Shown piece after piece: positions 29,872 through 39,589 of a stretch of 64,000 nt of DNA. The position numbers and the translations under genes are program-made. The notes under the pieces are model-generated. The model worked only from the letters and a program-made list of their open reading frames with translations. It did not search any database and was not told the origin of the DNA. Position 1 is the first letter of the stretch. Every line of letters begins with the position of its first letter. Location: the NCBI GenBank assembly GCA_965206845.1, contig OZ242221.1, positions 800,001 through 864,000 of the forward strand. The letters run 5' to 3'. The DNA is from Cenarchaeum sp. (GTDB lineage Archaea; Thermoproteota; Nitrososphaeria; Nitrososphaerales; Nitrosopumilaceae).

Positions 29872-30486
29872 GTGAACGGTCTGCTGATCCTTGCCATACT
29901 GATCGGCGGCGCGGGCTTCTCGGCCGCATACGCCCACACCACCGTATCGGTGGAACAGTATGATATCGAGGTTGGATGGGGCATCGAGCCGCCGGTGGTG
30001 GGACTCAAGAACGACATCGTCTTTGGGATAAGCGTGCCCGGTGAGGTGGAGGGCGCCAAGACCGGCGTGCAGAGCGCGTTTCAGAATCTGGAGGCCACAG
30101 TCAAGTTTGGGGGGCTGAGCAAGGAGCTGGACATCAATGCAGACGTCAGGGCAGGCCACTACCGCTCCCCCATAATTCCGACCAAGACGGGCTCGATGAC
30201 GGTAAACGTCGCAGGAGAGATCAACGGCGTGCCAGTCGATGTCGACATACCCATAGAGGATGTGGAGACCACCGCAGTCCTGGACTTTCCGCCCAGATCA
30301 TCCGCAGGGGACGGGGACATAGCGTCGCTCAAGGCGGCAATGTCTGCGCTGCAAAGGGATCTGGAGTCCGGAACCGCCACCGGCCAGGATGCGGGACCGG
30401 CGTACGACTTTGCCGTATTTGGGATGTCCCTTGGGGCGGCAGGCACAGTACTGGCAGTGGTTGCCATGCTCAAAAAAAGAAAATAA
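29872..30486 (+). CDS. Secreted, C-terminally anchored hypothetical protein (copper-cluster associated)
   Basis: Signal peptide AYA|HTT, VGW..EPP motif and C-terminal TM + KKRK. Confidence 0.8.
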   Translation: MNGLLILAILIGGAGFSAAYAHTTVSVEQYDIEVGWGIEPPVVGLKNDIVFGISVPGEVEGAKTGVQSAFQNLEATVKFGGLSKELDINADVRAGHYRSPIIPTKTGSMTVNVAGEINGVPVDVDIPIEDVETTAVLDFPPRSSAGDGDIASLKAAMSALQRDLESGTATGQDAGPAYDFAVFGMSLGAAGTVLAVVAMLKKRK

Positions 30487-30496
30487 AAATAGTGTT

Positions 30497-31399
30497 CTAG
30501 ATTCTTGGGGTTATTCTTGATCGTGCAGTTACTGCAATGATGCTCGTTATCGCAACACCGAGTATGATCATTGCCACCGTACCAAACTCCGGAACCACAT
30601 TGGTAAAGGCTACTTCCTCTCCAATCGGGCCCGTAAGCGGTGCCGCTACTCCGTATCCTTGGAACGTGATCGTGATGTCCACCGGATCCGATGAGGGCAG
30701 TGGTGCCGTCATGTGCTCGCCCATTCCCATGTGCTCGTGGGCTCCTGCGTCTGACAGTACCTCCTCGCCGTTCTGGGTTACCATGAGGTCATAGTTTACA
30801 TGCTCGCTGTCTGCGAACGTCACGGAGATCTCCATGCGCTCGCCCTCTGCTGGCTCTGTAGCGTATACCTTTACCATGGTGCCGTCCTCTAACATGCCTG
30901 TAGCGCTTGCTTCCATCATCATCATGTCGCCGTCTTTATCCATGCCTTCCATGCTGTCGCCGTCTTTATCCATGCCTTCCATGCTGTCGCCGTCCTCACC
31001 CGCTGCGACCACCGTTACGGTGCCAGACATATGCGGATGCAGAAAGCAGAAGTACGGATATGTACCGGGCTCAAAGTCGTCAAACGTGAAGGAGTACTCG
31101 TCGCCAGGCGGCATCAAAAGAGTTGGGCTGCCAAACAGATCTCCGACCCCTTCTGTATCGCGGATCGTGCCGCTTGCCAGATTGTGTAATGCAATGTCCT
31201 CGTTGATCCACGTTACCGTGCCGCCGACGTCAATGGTAACGTCGGTCGGTACGAAGCACTCGTTTGTATCTAGGCAAAGAACTAAAGAGGCGTTTTCCGG
31301 CTGGGTGACTATGGCTTCTGAATGATCTGCAAATGCAGGCTGCGCGAATACTCCCGCAGCCAGAATTGTAAATACAGTAGCTATCGTTAATGTTTTCAT
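30497..31399 (-). CDS. Blue (type 1) copper cupredoxin with Met-rich linker and PEFG-CTERM anchor
   Basis: HNL..YFCFLHPHM.G ligands, GDSMEGMDKD repeats and VVPEFG + TM. Confidence 0.92.
   Translation of the reverse strand: MKTLTIATVFTILAAGVFAQPAFADHSEAIVTQPENASLVLCLDTNECFVPTDVTIDVGGTVTWINEDIALHNLASGTIRDTEGVGDLFGSPTLLMPPGDEYSFTFDDFEPGTYPYFCFLHPHMSGTVTVVAAGEDGDSMEGMDKDGDSMEGMDKDGDMMMMEASATGMLEDGTMVKVYATEPAEGERMEISVTFADSEHVNYDLMVTQNGEEVLSDAGAHEHMGMGEHMTAPLPSSDPVDITITFQGYGVAAPLTGPIGEEVAFTNVVPEFGTVAMIILGVAITSIIAVTARSRITPRI
30925..30994. repeat. Perfect 30-bp tandem repeat (2.3 copies) encoding Met/acidic repeats
   Basis: TGTCGCCGTCTTTATCCATGCCTTCCATGC x2 followed by TGTCGCCGTC. Confidence 0.95.
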
Positions 31400-31441
31400 T
31401 AACCCTAGTCTTTGATGGGTAACATAAAAATCTCACTCATA

Positions 31442-32437
31442 TCAAACCCGTAGCCTATTGTCCAAGAACCTGGCCTTACGCCTGTGCGCCTTCAGGATCA
31501 CCGCGGCTGGAAATCCGACATACATCCCGACATTGAGCAGAATGATGCCGGTTCCGTACCCGAGCATCTCAGCTTCGGAGTCTATAGGAATGTGATCCAG
31601 GATCGACAGGGACGCAAGCATCGGGGTGATCGCAACCCTCACAAGCTCCTTGAACGCCGGATGCTGGCGCTCCAGATCTGCCACGCCCGGCGAGAACGAG
31701 TAGTAGAGCTGATTAAAGCTAGCCATAAAGGCGGCACCTGACTCTGTCTGCATTACGACTCCGTCTCTGATTTCCCGTAGGTGCTGTACCTGCGGCGCCA
31801 TCTCGGATCCAAAGGCCGCCGTTGCGATCAGGCAGCCCCCGTCACTGGAGTATGGGTTCGGGGTTGGGTCAGGTGGGGTGGGCTGGGTAGGGTCGGGCGT
31901 GGCGGGCTGGCTTGGGTCAGGAGGAGTAGGCCGGATAGGGTCAGGGGCGATGGGCTGGGTAGGGTCGGGCAAGGGAACGGGATCCGGGGTGACATCTGTC
32001 GGGGGTGCGGTAACCTCAAGGGGTGGTAGGGATATGAACTGCTCGCCGACAAAGAGCGTAGCGGTTGCGGTCTCGAGCGGAATCGGCCGGAACAGAATCC
32101 CCTCTACATCAATCTGTACGTCGTACGTCCCGTCTTCAGCAAACTCTACGGGAATTCCTACCTTGCCCACCGACGTGTGTGTCAGTGGGATGGGGCCAAA
32201 CACGTTGCTGCCGTCCTTTGTCACGGTTACGCTGTAATCGATATGTTCCTGGGTCATGCCAGTAGAGGGGTTGATAAAGTCGATGTTCAGCCTCGTACTG
32301 CCACCGGTGGCGGACTCGTCGACCCATACGCCGACATTCAGCGTTCCCTTCTCTGTAGGTACGACCTGCAGGGCAGACTGGGCAAAGGCAGGCACCACAA
32401 AAAGCGGAACCAGCAACAAGACCAGCAGGATTCTCAT
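31442..32437 (-). CDS. Secreted protein with Pro-rich linker and CFI-box-CTERM-type C-terminal domain
   Basis: Signal peptide, QEHIDY..P.TH motif, PDPxQP repeats and GGCLIATAAFGSEMAPQVQ.LRE.RD..FN..YYSFSP. Confidence 0.85.
   Translation of the reverse strand: MRILLVLLLVPLFVVPAFAQSALQVVPTEKGTLNVGVWVDESATGGSTRLNIDFINPSTGMTQEHIDYSVTVTKDGSNVFGPIPLTHTSVGKVGIPVEFAEDGTYDVQIDVEGILFRPIPLETATATLFVGEQFISLPPLEVTAPPTDVTPDPVPLPDPTQPIAPDPIRPTPPDPSQPATPDPTQPTPPDPTPNPYSSDGGCLIATAAFGSEMAPQVQHLREIRDGVVMQTESGAAFMASFNQLYYSFSPGVADLERQHPAFKELVRVAITPMLASLSILDHIPIDSEAEMLGYGTGIILLNVGMYVGFPAAVILKAHRRKARFLDNRLRV
31855..32005 (-). repeat. Imperfect ~24-bp (8-aa) Pro-rich coding repeats
   Basis: PDPVPL/PDPTQPIA/PDPIRPTP/PDPSQPAT/PDPTQPTP/PDPTPNP. 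Confidence 0.8.
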
Positions 32438-32586
32438 ACTGTGATTTACCCATTATCGTTATTAAAAATTTGTCAAGTCCGGTTCTCTTATCTAGTCCGA
32501 AAAGTAGTACACTCCCTATCCCAGTACGCAAAGAGATGGACAGGCAGAAGTGTCTCCGGATACCGTCCTGCAGGATCTCCCTGTCG

Positions 32587-32770
32587 CTAACCGGATCCTG
32601 GTGGGACGCGCATGCCATACGCGCAGAACAGCGCTGCATGTCCTATGACGGTGCGCCACTTGTCCGGTTCGGCCATGGCTATCCCGACCGCCTCGGCAGG
32701 AGTCCTGCCGCCCAGGCCCACGTGCGGGCGTATGAAGTTGTGGTACATGATCAGCAGGTGCAGCAGAGAT
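32587..32770 (-). mobile_element. Remnant C-terminus of a DDE integrase/transposase
   Basis: Manual translation SLLHLLIMYHNFIRPHVGLGGRTPAEAVGI..DKW.TVI..A*. YxN..RPH.GL.G.TPAE is typical of integrase-core transposases. No N-terminal part seen. Confidence 0.75.
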
Positions 32771-33225
32771 CTGGCCAGCGGATGCCAAGGAGTTTACCGT
32801 ATCCGCAATACACAACAGGCAGAGAAGAACCAGCTACATACCAAAGCCAATACTACAGACACCGGGCAACCCCGGATGGCCTCAAGTTTACCACCCGCGA
32901 CGGATATGTCGAGGTTAGCAGACCCGACTAGCCACTCATACCACTGGCGCCCGAGTTTGGGAGAGAACCGTCAAGTCCCCGCACGAGATCAGATCCCACT
33001 TCATTCGGATATTGGCATGCGTATTACAAAAAACGTCGCATCGAACCCGGTACAGCAGATGACCTCGCATGCTTGGGCCCGCACGACGACTGACATCAGC
33101 ATACATGTAACACCAGAACCTCCTCCGATACGCCCATCCCGCGTATGCAGCAAGCCACTCGTACCGAACCGTCCGCGCAGACATATTTCGTATATTTAAA
33201 TAAGGATTTCGGAGTATTATAGCTG

Positions 33226-34866
33226 TTGTACCAGAGCATTCTTCTGATTATCCTTGCTGCCGGAATCGTTGCCGTCCCGGCACTTGTGAGCGAAGCCCAT
33301 GGGCACGGCCTCGGAGGAGATGTTGCACCGCCGGTAGACTTTGCCGGAATGTCGGTAACGGTAAGCACCCAGCTAACTCCCTACGACATAACCGTGGGGG
33401 ATCTGAGCTCGGCAAGCATGGCAGTCAGGTTCTTTGATCAGGATACCGATCAGACACTAGAAAAGGTCACATACAGAATTGCAATCTATCGAGATGGCGA
33501 ACTGCTGGCAAATCATCTGTTTTATGACATCGATGGGAATCTGGATGTCGAGATTCGCCCGGTGATCGACTGTGACTCGATAGACCTATGGCGTTGCACC
33601 AAATACTTTGGCTCGGAACACCCTACCTCTCCTGGGGCATTGTATACGCAAGGAAACCAGGATCCTGTCATTCAGGGGCCGATCTTTGACAAGGGCGGCC
33701 TTTACAACATCCGGGTGGGTGTGGAGGGAGCAACCAGTCCCAGAACCCTAGTAAACTCCCCCCTGTCGTTTGAGACGTTTGTCAGCGTTGCACAGGAACA
33801 GCCGTTTGCAATCCAGACCGCATCGGCCGAGATCCCGGTGATCGTAAAGACGTACTATGACGATGTGGGTAACTTTGACTTTGAGCAGACCGACGGCTCG
33901 ATCTCATTTGACATGCCGTTTGACTGGTCTCCGGAGTACGTAGAGCTTGTGTCGGTGGTCCACGAGGAGTTGCAGATCCCAAAATCGTTTGATCTGTACA
34001 ACGAGGGAAACGGGTTCCGTGGATTCGTCAACGGCATCGAGGTTGACAAGCGCGTCCTGATACTGGATCCGTACACGTACGAGGATCTGAACATACTGCA
34101 CTTTCTGGTATCCGGCCAGGAGCTGCAGCGAATCAACAACGTGCTGGGAGAGGAGAACCAGCAGAGCAGCCTCATGAGCTTTGTGGTGGTTCCGGAGAGC
34201 AAGGTACAGAAGAACACCCTCGACTTTTATCTCGTCAACCCCGCCAACGGGGACAGGACGGGCACGAACGTAAGCGTCTCATGGGACGACAGGTACGGTG
34301 TAGGCGATGATATTCCGTTTGAGATTGCGTTCTTTGACGATGACGGCAACCTCCTAACGGACGTAAGATACGGCTATGGCCTGTATGACCACGGCACCGG
34401 CGACGTACTGGCAGAGGATGTTGGCGGTGACGGGCTCGGTCCGGGGATTTCATCTGTGGAGGGAATAGACTTCCAGACGCTGCGAATTCCGTCTCAGAGC
34501 AGCTACAGACTGGATGTTGTGGTGTTTGGGCAGATAATTGGCGGAGTTGACTTTGATGACGCGTATGCCGGAATTGGCTCCACGCTGATTGAGGTAAAGC
34601 CCACCATTCCTGCCTGGATAAAGACAACCGTGGGATTCTGGACATCCGGGGTGACCTCTGATGCCGAGTTTGTGAGCGCGATCCAGTTCCTCATCGACGA
34701 GGGGATCATCGTGGTGCCCGCCACCGAGTCCGAGTCTGACGGCGCCGTCGGGGTTCCTCCGTGGATAAAGACGACGGCGCAGTTCTGGGTGGACGGAGTA
34801 ACCACCGACAGCGAGTTTGTGAGCGCGATCCAGTTCCTCATAAGGGCTGGCATCATTGTGGTCTAG
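33226..34866 (+). CDS. Secreted surface protein with two C-terminal IPxWIK thaumarchaeal anchor repeats
   Basis: Signal AHG|HGLGGD, and IPAWIKTTVGFW..EFVSAIQFLI..GII twice (30-nt identity at 34665 and 34812). Confidence 0.85.
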   Translation: MYQSILLIILAAGIVAVPALVSEAHGHGLGGDVAPPVDFAGMSVTVSTQLTPYDITVGDLSSASMAVRFFDQDTDQTLEKVTYRIAIYRDGELLANHLFYDIDGNLDVEIRPVIDCDSIDLWRCTKYFGSEHPTSPGALYTQGNQDPVIQGPIFDKGGLYNIRVGVEGATSPRTLVNSPLSFETFVSVAQEQPFAIQTASAEIPVIVKTYYDDVGNFDFEQTDGSISFDMPFDWSPEYVELVSVVHEELQIPKSFDLYNEGNGFRGFVNGIEVDKRVLILDPYTYEDLNILHFLVSGQELQRINNVLGEENQQSSLMSFVVVPESKVQKNTLDFYLVNPANGDRTGTNVSVSWDDRYGVGDDIPFEIAFFDDDGNLLTDVRYGYGLYDHGTGDVLAEDVGGDGLGPGISSVEGIDFQTLRIPSQSSYRLDVVVFGQIIGGVDFDDAYAGIGSTLIEVKPTIPAWIKTTVGFWTSGVTSDAEFVSAIQFLIDEGIIVVPATESESDGAVGVPPWIKTTAQFWVDGVTTDSEFVSAIQFLIRAGIIVV

Positions 34867-34878
34867 GGATGATTCCAG

Positions 34879-35085
34879 ATGAGGGACATAAACGACATGC
34901 TGCCAAAAATCCCAAACATGCGGTGGGGCGCCCTGACAAACCGGCCCCCCACAAACCAGAGGGTCGAGGAGATGAACCGGCTCTTTCCGCACAACGGAAG
35001 GTGGCACACCGTGTTTGAAGAGAGGGACCATGTCTTTGTAGACGGAAAGCGGGTATGGAAGAAGGATCCCGCAAAATGGACCTGA
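34879..35085 (+). CDS. Small hypothetical protein
   Basis: 68-aa ORF closely following the upstream gene (WGAL.N..P..FPHNG.WH). Confidence 0.65.
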   Translation: MRDINDMLPKIPNMRWGALTNRPPTNQRVEEMNRLFPHNGRWHTVFEERDHVFVDGKRVWKKDPAKWT

Positions 35086-35323
35086 GCCGGCAGCCATACG
35101 CCCGGCACGGATCAGCTTCGCGCAAAACCCCCACACCAGACCCGGTGCGGCAGGCCGCCCAGCCGGCAGGTGCCTGCCTAGCCCCCGGATTCCAGGCAGA
35201 CATACGGAACCGCCCGCCGTGTCATACGAAGACGCTTCTGGATGTGCGCGCTCGGACAGAGGATGCGGTACCCTACCGCCAATAAAACTATAATACAAAT
35301 CAGGACGATCAGCAGTATAATTC

Positions 35324-36088
35324 ATGTTTCCCCTTAAAGACGAAAATCCCCACCCCCCAGGATTCAAACCGGTAGTCACGATCATACTGATCATTGCCAA
35401 TGTCGGGGTCTTCCTGTATGAGATTGCGTTTACCGGACAGTTCTGGGAGTTCACCAACGCAAGGGCCGCACAGATGTTCTTCGAGTGGGGGGCGGTGCCC
35501 GCCTGTGTTGTCGGGGAGAACTCGTTTGTCTTCAGCGGCATCGTAATCGAGTGCCCCGCCGTAGAGTATGTGTCGCTCTTCAGCTCGATATTCATGCACG
35601 GCGGCCTGATGCACCTTGGCGGAAACATGCTGTTCCTGTGGATATTTGGCGACAACATAGAGCTCAAGTACGGCAGGATGAAGTTTTTTGGGATCTATAT
35701 CCTCTGGGGCGTGATCGCGGGACTGGCTCATGTCATGATCGATCCGCTCAGCCCGATTCCGGCGGTGGGGGCATCGGGGGCAATCTCGGGCGTCCTGGGA
35801 GCCTACCTGGTAATATTTCCAAGGGCCCGGATTATGACGTTTCTGATGATGGGGTTCTTCTGGCGAATGATGCACATCCAGGCAAAGTGGTTTCTTCCGT
35901 TCTGGCTGATATTCCAGAATATCCTGCCGTTCCTCATAGGGGGTTTCGGGCTCGCGGGAGGCGGCGTGGCCTACATGGCTCACATAGGCGGCTTTGTGGC
36001 TGGACTGGGCTTTGGCTATCTGTACAAAAAGACCCACGGCTCCGAGTCCATGTACGGGACGCGCTATGGCTGGCGCGGAGACTACTGA
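35324..36088 (+). CDS. Rhomboid-family intramembrane serine protease
   Basis: FMHGG.MHLGGNMLFLWIFGDN.E, GASG catalytic Ser and AHIGG catalytic His. Confidence 0.95.
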   Translation: MFPLKDENPHPPGFKPVVTIILIIANVGVFLYEIAFTGQFWEFTNARAAQMFFEWGAVPACVVGENSFVFSGIVIECPAVEYVSLFSSIFMHGGLMHLGGNMLFLWIFGDNIELKYGRMKFFGIYILWGVIAGLAHVMIDPLSPIPAVGASGAISGVLGAYLVIFPRARIMTFLMMGFFWRMMHIQAKWFLPFWLIFQNILPFLIGGFGLAGGGVAYMAHIGGFVAGLGFGYLYKKTHGSESMYGTRYGWRGDY

Positions 36089-36244
36089 ACGGACGCATGG
36101 TGCCAGGATCGTCTGCGTGTGGCAGCCTGCCGTGGCGAACCGGGCGCAGAGATTCTCCTGAAATGCGTGTATCTGAATGCAGGGACGGCGTCACGCGGCC
36201 GCCGCATCTCAAAAGATAAATTCTGCCTGAACCCACACTGCATC

Positions 36245-36421
36245 ATGCCGCTAATTACAGTCTCGATGTATCCCGGCAGAACACAGCAGCAGAAGGACGA
36301 CTTTGCCAGGGCCCTGACCGAGTCGGCAGTCAGTATCCTAAAAACGAAGAAGGAGCACGTCATCATAGTGTTTGACGAGAAACCCAAGGAGAACTGGTAC
36401 CTGGCCGGCAGCCGGCTGTAA
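36245..36421 (+). CDS. 4-oxalocrotonate tautomerase family protein
   Basis: N-terminal Pro (MPLITV), GRT..QK and W..AG. Confidence 0.9.
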   Translation: MPLITVSMYPGRTQQQKDDFARALTESAVSILKTKKEHVIIVFDEKPKENWYLAGSRL

Positions 36422-36457
36422 CCAACTTTTTTATTTTACGCCCTGCCTTCCCGCACT

Positions 36458-37276
36458 GTGACCAAAGTCGCGCTGGTGCAGCTCAAGGCCTCCACGGACA
36501 AGCAGGAGAACCTAGAGAGAGTCACGGGCTACATCTCAGATGCGGCAGACAGGGGTGCCAGGCTGATCGCGTTTCCGGAGTTTATGATGTTCTACACCGG
36601 CTCGTCACAGACCTCAGACCAGCTGGCCCGTATGGCAGAGACGATCGACGGGGACTTTGTGAGGGCCGTTGCCGTGGCAGCCAGGAAGAGCTCCATCCAG
36701 GTTGTGGGGACGATCTACGAAAAGAGTGAGAAGAGGAACAGGGTGTACGATACCGCGTTCTTTCTGAACCACCGGGGAGAGCTGGTCTCATCCTACAGGA
36801 AGATCCACCTTTATAATGCCCTGGGATTCCGCGAGTCAAAAAAAATGACTCCGGGGTTTGAGATGCCAAGGCCGGCAAGATCAAGAGCGGGAACGCTGGG
36901 CATGATAATCTGCTACGACCTGCGGTTTCCCGAGATGGCAAGAAGCCTGGCCCTGGCCGGCTCCCAGATCCTGGTGGCCCCGTCTGCCTGGGTGCAGGGA
37001 GAGGCAAAGGAGGAGCACTGGATCGCCATCAACAGAACCCGGGCAATAGAGAACGGGTGCTATGTCGTATCCCCGGACCAGGTGGGTAACATCTACTGCG
37101 GCCGAAGCCTCGTAGTGGATCCATACGGCACCGTCCTGGTCGATATGAAGGGGGAGGAGGGAATGGCGCTGGCCGACATCTCGCTTGACAAGCTCAAAAA
37201 GACCCGCCAGGCCCTGCCGCTGCTAAAGAACAGAAGGCCCCACATCTACCGGGAGGCCGAACCGCGCCTGCTCTGA
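36458..37276 (+). CDS. Carbon-nitrogen hydrolase (nitrilase/Nit family)
   Basis: FPE, YRKIHL and ICYDLRFPE catalytic triad, plus RAIEN. Confidence 0.93.
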   Translation: MTKVALVQLKASTDKQENLERVTGYISDAADRGARLIAFPEFMMFYTGSSQTSDQLARMAETIDGDFVRAVAVAARKSSIQVVGTIYEKSEKRNRVYDTAFFLNHRGELVSSYRKIHLYNALGFRESKKMTPGFEMPRPARSRAGTLGMIICYDLRFPEMARSLALAGSQILVAPSAWVQGEAKEEHWIAINRTRAIENGCYVVSPDQVGNIYCGRSLVVDPYGTVLVDMKGEEGMALADISLDKLKKTRQALPLLKNRRPHIYREAEPRLL

Positions 37277-37692
37277 CAGCCTATATTGGAGCACTGTCTG
37301 GTCCAGCTCTGATCCCTTGAGTACCTGAAGATCACCATGGGCCATCCGCACTCCACGCATGGGGTTTTGATTGCCCGAAGCCTGGCCTTCTGCAGCAGTG
37401 GGGACGACGCGGTGCATCCGCCGTAATAGTTCGAGCATCCCATGAACCGCTTCTTGGTCTTCAGCGAGCGCACCACCATCAGCTGTCCCAGTCCACACTC
37501 GGGACACTCCACCAGGCCATCGGTGGGAGAGTTTGTCCCCAGGATTACGAACCTCTTCTTCCTGGCAGAGTACGACAGGTATCCGCTTGTGTCAAAGTAC
37601 TGGAGGATCTCCTTCCGGATAACATCCACCCTCTTCTTGGTAATTCTCACGTGATGCCTCTGCTCTGTCTTCTGTACGGCTGATCCTGACAC
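37246..37692 (-). CDS. Topoisomerase C4-type zinc-finger domain protein
   Basis: CPECG..L..F.GCSNY..C and CVECG..CSN..C. Confidence 0.85.
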   Translation of the reverse strand: MSGSAVQKTEQRHHVRITKKRVDVIRKEILQYFDTSGYLSYSARKKRFVILGTNSPTDGLVECPECGLGQLMVVRSLKTKKRFMGCSNYYGGCTASSPLLQKARLRAIKTPCVECGWPMVIFRYSRDQSWTRQCSNIGCQSRRGSASR

Positions 37693-37905
37693 AGTCTGCT
37701 GTATCCGTTTCTGTTCTTAAACGTGCATCGGCGGCGCGGGCCCGGGACTGCATGTACGCCGGGACGTGTGCGGGTCCGCCTGCCGCAGAGAGGCGGGCGC
37801 GATGGCCCACCCGGATGTACAGGCACATGCCAAAACGAAACGAGAGACGATCCCGTACCGGGAGGCTCTTTAACGATTTTTATATGGAACGCCGCCAGTC
37901 CGCTC

Positions 37906-39060
37906 ATGGAAGATGTCTGCGTCATTGGCGCAGGAAGCACAAAGTACGGCAAGCTGGAAGACAGCCTCGCCGACATTACAGTCCAGTCGTCTGCCAGCGC
38001 AATAGAGAGCGCCGGCATCGAGCCCAAGGAGATCAAGGCAGGGTACATCTCCAATGTTTTTGGCGTGGCCGACAAGCAGGTCCACCTGGGGCCCGTAGTG
38101 ATGAGCAATCTGGGCATCCCCGAGAGGCCTTCCCTGTCCATCGAGTCTGCATGCGGCAGCGGCTCGGTCTCGTTCAGGGAGGCATTTGCGAATGTGGCCG
38201 CCGGGTTTTATGATGCGGTTCTGGTTACCGGTGTTGAAAAGGTGACCCACACCGGAACAGAGTGGACCACGACCTACTTTTCATACTGCTCGGACTTCTT
38301 TTACGAGGGCCAGGCCGGAGCATCTTTTCCTGGACTGTTTGCGTCAATGGCCAGGGCATACCTTGCAGAGTTCGGGGCAACCGAGGAGGACTTTGCCATG
38401 GTCGCAGTAAAGAATCACGACAACGGACTGTTAAACCCAAAGGCCCACCTGCGGAAGAAGATAACCGTGGACGATGTGATGAGATCGCCCGTGGTGGCAA
38501 GCCCCCTCAAGCTTTACGACTGCTGCCCGTTCTCCGACGGCGCCAGCTCCGTCATACTCTGCAGCAAAAAGTTTGCCCAGGAGCACGGTGGCGACTACAT
38601 CAAGGTGACGGGCTCTGGCCGCGGAGGCTCGTCTGCCGCACTGCAGGGCCGTGAGCGCATAACCACGATACCCAGCACAAAGATTGCCGCCGATGCGGCC
38701 TACAAGATGGCGGGAATCACCCCCAGGGACATAGATTTTGCAGAGGTTCATGACTGCTTCACCATCGCCGAGGTGGTTGACAGCGAGGATCTGGGGTTCT
38801 TTGAAAAGGGCCAGGGATACCGTGCGGCACGGGAGAACCGGACCGCCCGGGATGGCGACATTCCGATTAACCCGTCCGGCGGCCTCAAGTCAAAGGGCCA
38901 CCCCATCGGCGCCACCGGCGTGGGCCAGGTGGTGGAGGTGTATGAGCAGCTGACCGGCAAGGCGGGCCAGCGGAACTTGAAGAACGTAAGCACCGGTCTG
39001 ACGCACAACTTTGGCGCCACCGGGGCAAGCTGCGCGGTTCACATATTTGAGAGCGTGTGA
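37906..39060 (+). CDS. Acetyl-CoA C-acetyltransferase (archaeal thiolase)
   Basis: ESACGSG, VKNH.N, DCCP.SDGA, EVHDCF, GGLKSKGHPIGATG. Confidence 0.95.
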   Translation: MEDVCVIGAGSTKYGKLEDSLADITVQSSASAIESAGIEPKEIKAGYISNVFGVADKQVHLGPVVMSNLGIPERPSLSIESACGSGSVSFREAFANVAAGFYDAVLVTGVEKVTHTGTEWTTTYFSYCSDFFYEGQAGASFPGLFASMARAYLAEFGATEEDFAMVAVKNHDNGLLNPKAHLRKKITVDDVMRSPVVASPLKLYDCCPFSDGASSVILCSKKFAQEHGGDYIKVTGSGRGGSSAALQGRERITTIPSTKIAADAAYKMAGITPRDIDFAEVHDCFTIAEVVDSEDLGFFEKGQGYRAARENRTARDGDIPINPSGGLKSKGHPIGATGVGQVVEVYEQLTGKAGQRNLKNVSTGLTHNFGATGASCAVHIFESV

Positions 39061-39061
39061 G

Positions 39062-39427
39062 ATGTCTGCAAAGAGAGAGTTCATAGAAGCCGTCAGAACC
39101 GGCAAGGTGCTGGCAAGGGGGTGCACCAGGTGCGGCCTTGTCCAGCTGGGCACCGTCTGCTTCTGCCAGGGCTGCGGCTCCCGGGGTTTTGGTGACGTGA
39201 CACTGGAGGGCCGTGGAACTGTTGTTACCTATACCATAATTACGGTCCCGCCCTCCGGCTTTGAAAAGTATGTCCCGTATGCGTGGGTGGTAATCAGGCT
39301 GGACGGCTCCGATCTCCGGATCTCGGGATTTATGGGAGGCATAGCAGAGCCGGAGAGCCTTCCCATTGGAGTCGGTGCAAGGATCACCGGCTTTGACGAA
39401 AGGGGCATAGTTCTAGAAAGGACGTAA
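39062..39427 (+). CDS. DUF35-type Zn-ribbon/OB-fold thiolase partner
   Basis: CTRCG..CQGCG, G.V.TYT...VPP..F...PY. Starts immediately after the thiolase. Confidence 0.92.
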   Translation: MSAKREFIEAVRTGKVLARGCTRCGLVQLGTVCFCQGCGSRGFGDVTLEGRGTVVTYTIITVPPSGFEKYVPYAWVVIRLDGSDLRISGFMGGIAEPESLPIGVGARITGFDERGIVLERT

Positions 39428-39589
39428 GGCGTGCCGGCAGCAGACAACTGCTGCCACACGGACGCGTACGTGGTCACCGGCCGCCCCGAACCAAGTGTGA
39501 AGACGTCCTGAAGCGCACGCACCGGTACCCAAGGTAGGGGAGACGGGGCATTCCGAAATCTTAATTATTCGGGCACGGTAGTATCAGCT

